From NCBI RefSeq assembly GCF_039654945.1, contig NW_027361788.1, forward strand, positions 44,640,001 through 44,704,000: a DNA stretch of 64,000 nt, given 5' to 3'. Below, piece after piece: positions 63,521 to 64,000 of this stretch. The notes under the pieces are model-generated. The model had not been told where the DNA came from, ran no database searches, and was given only the letters and a program-made list of their open reading frames with translations. The translations under genes and the position numbers were made by a program. Within the stretch, counting starts at the first letter, position 1. Every line of letters begins with the position of its first letter. This DNA comes from Dendrobates tinctorius. Its lineage: Eukaryota.

Positions 63521-64000
63521 CACTTTCGCAAGGGTAACAGGAGAAAATGGACAATACATTTTGTTGTGCAATTTCTCCTGAGCATGCCAATGCCCCATAT
63601 GTGGGGAAAGTCTACTGTTTGGGCACACGGCAGACCTCGGAAGAGAAGGAGAGGCATTTGACTTTTTGAATGTAAAATATGCTGGAATAATTAGCGGTTG
63701 CTATGTCACGTTTGGAGAGCCCCTGATTTGCCTAAACAGTGGAAACCCCCAACAAGTGACCCCATTTTGGAAACTAGACTCCTTAGGGAACTTACCTAGA
63801 TATGTATTGAGCACAGGTGCTTTACAGAAGTTTATAACGTTAAGCTGTGAAAATTAAAAAAGAATAAAATAAAACAAATCACATTTTTCCCACAAAAATC
63901 TTTTTTTAGCTACAGATTTTGTACTTTCACAAGGGCAAGGAGAAAATGAGAAAATAGACTGCAAAGTTTGTTGTGCAATTTCTCCTGAGTTCACTGATAC
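59294..64000. mobile_element. Non-autonomous piggyBac-type element, running off the window and interrupted by a related element
   Basis: TTAA-cccctt start. The sequence ...tttatgccc|TTAA resumes as atcagagag at 63105, as in the uninterrupted copies near 6530 and 11110. Confidence 0.8.
59550..63100. mobile_element. Full-length non-autonomous piggyBac-type element, an inverted relative of 10879-13967
   Basis: TTAA 59546-49 and TTAC 63101-04 flanks; four ~390-bp internal repeats; TTAGGG-like tract about 60973-61025. Confidence 0.85.

Overview
Vertebrate genomic DNA; the repeat types suggest a frog (inference). I assembled five protein-coding genes by hand from splice sites and reading-frame phase. 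NDUFB11 (- strand, 3 exons) sits head-to-head with an intronless LZTFL1/BBS17-like ORF (+). PQBP1 (-, 6 coding exons) sits head-to-head with TIMM17B (+, 6 exons). A compact TAFA1-like (FAM19A) neurokine gene (-) lies tail-to-tail with TIMM17B. Introns and intergenic DNA are packed with transposons: five Tc1 copies (one with an intact DD34E transposase ORF), TTAA-flanked piggyBac-type non-autonomous elements carrying telomere-like repeats, T2/Kolobok and Harbinger MITEs, a deleted Gmr1-type Gypsy element, a degenerate DIRS, SINE pieces and several minisatellites. The most striking non-coding signal is three separate hammerhead-ribozyme-bearing insertions, each with a target-site duplication. 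One is a ~300-nt retrozyme/satellite-2-like monomer in NDUFB11 intron 1, with the ribozyme on the pre-mRNA strand and an octamer and CTCF motif in its body. The other two are Penelope-like inverted-repeat elements; one forms a 1.35-kb hairpin in PQBP1 intron 2 and has a variant ribozyme core. Identities rest on recalled protein and motif similarity; no searches were run.
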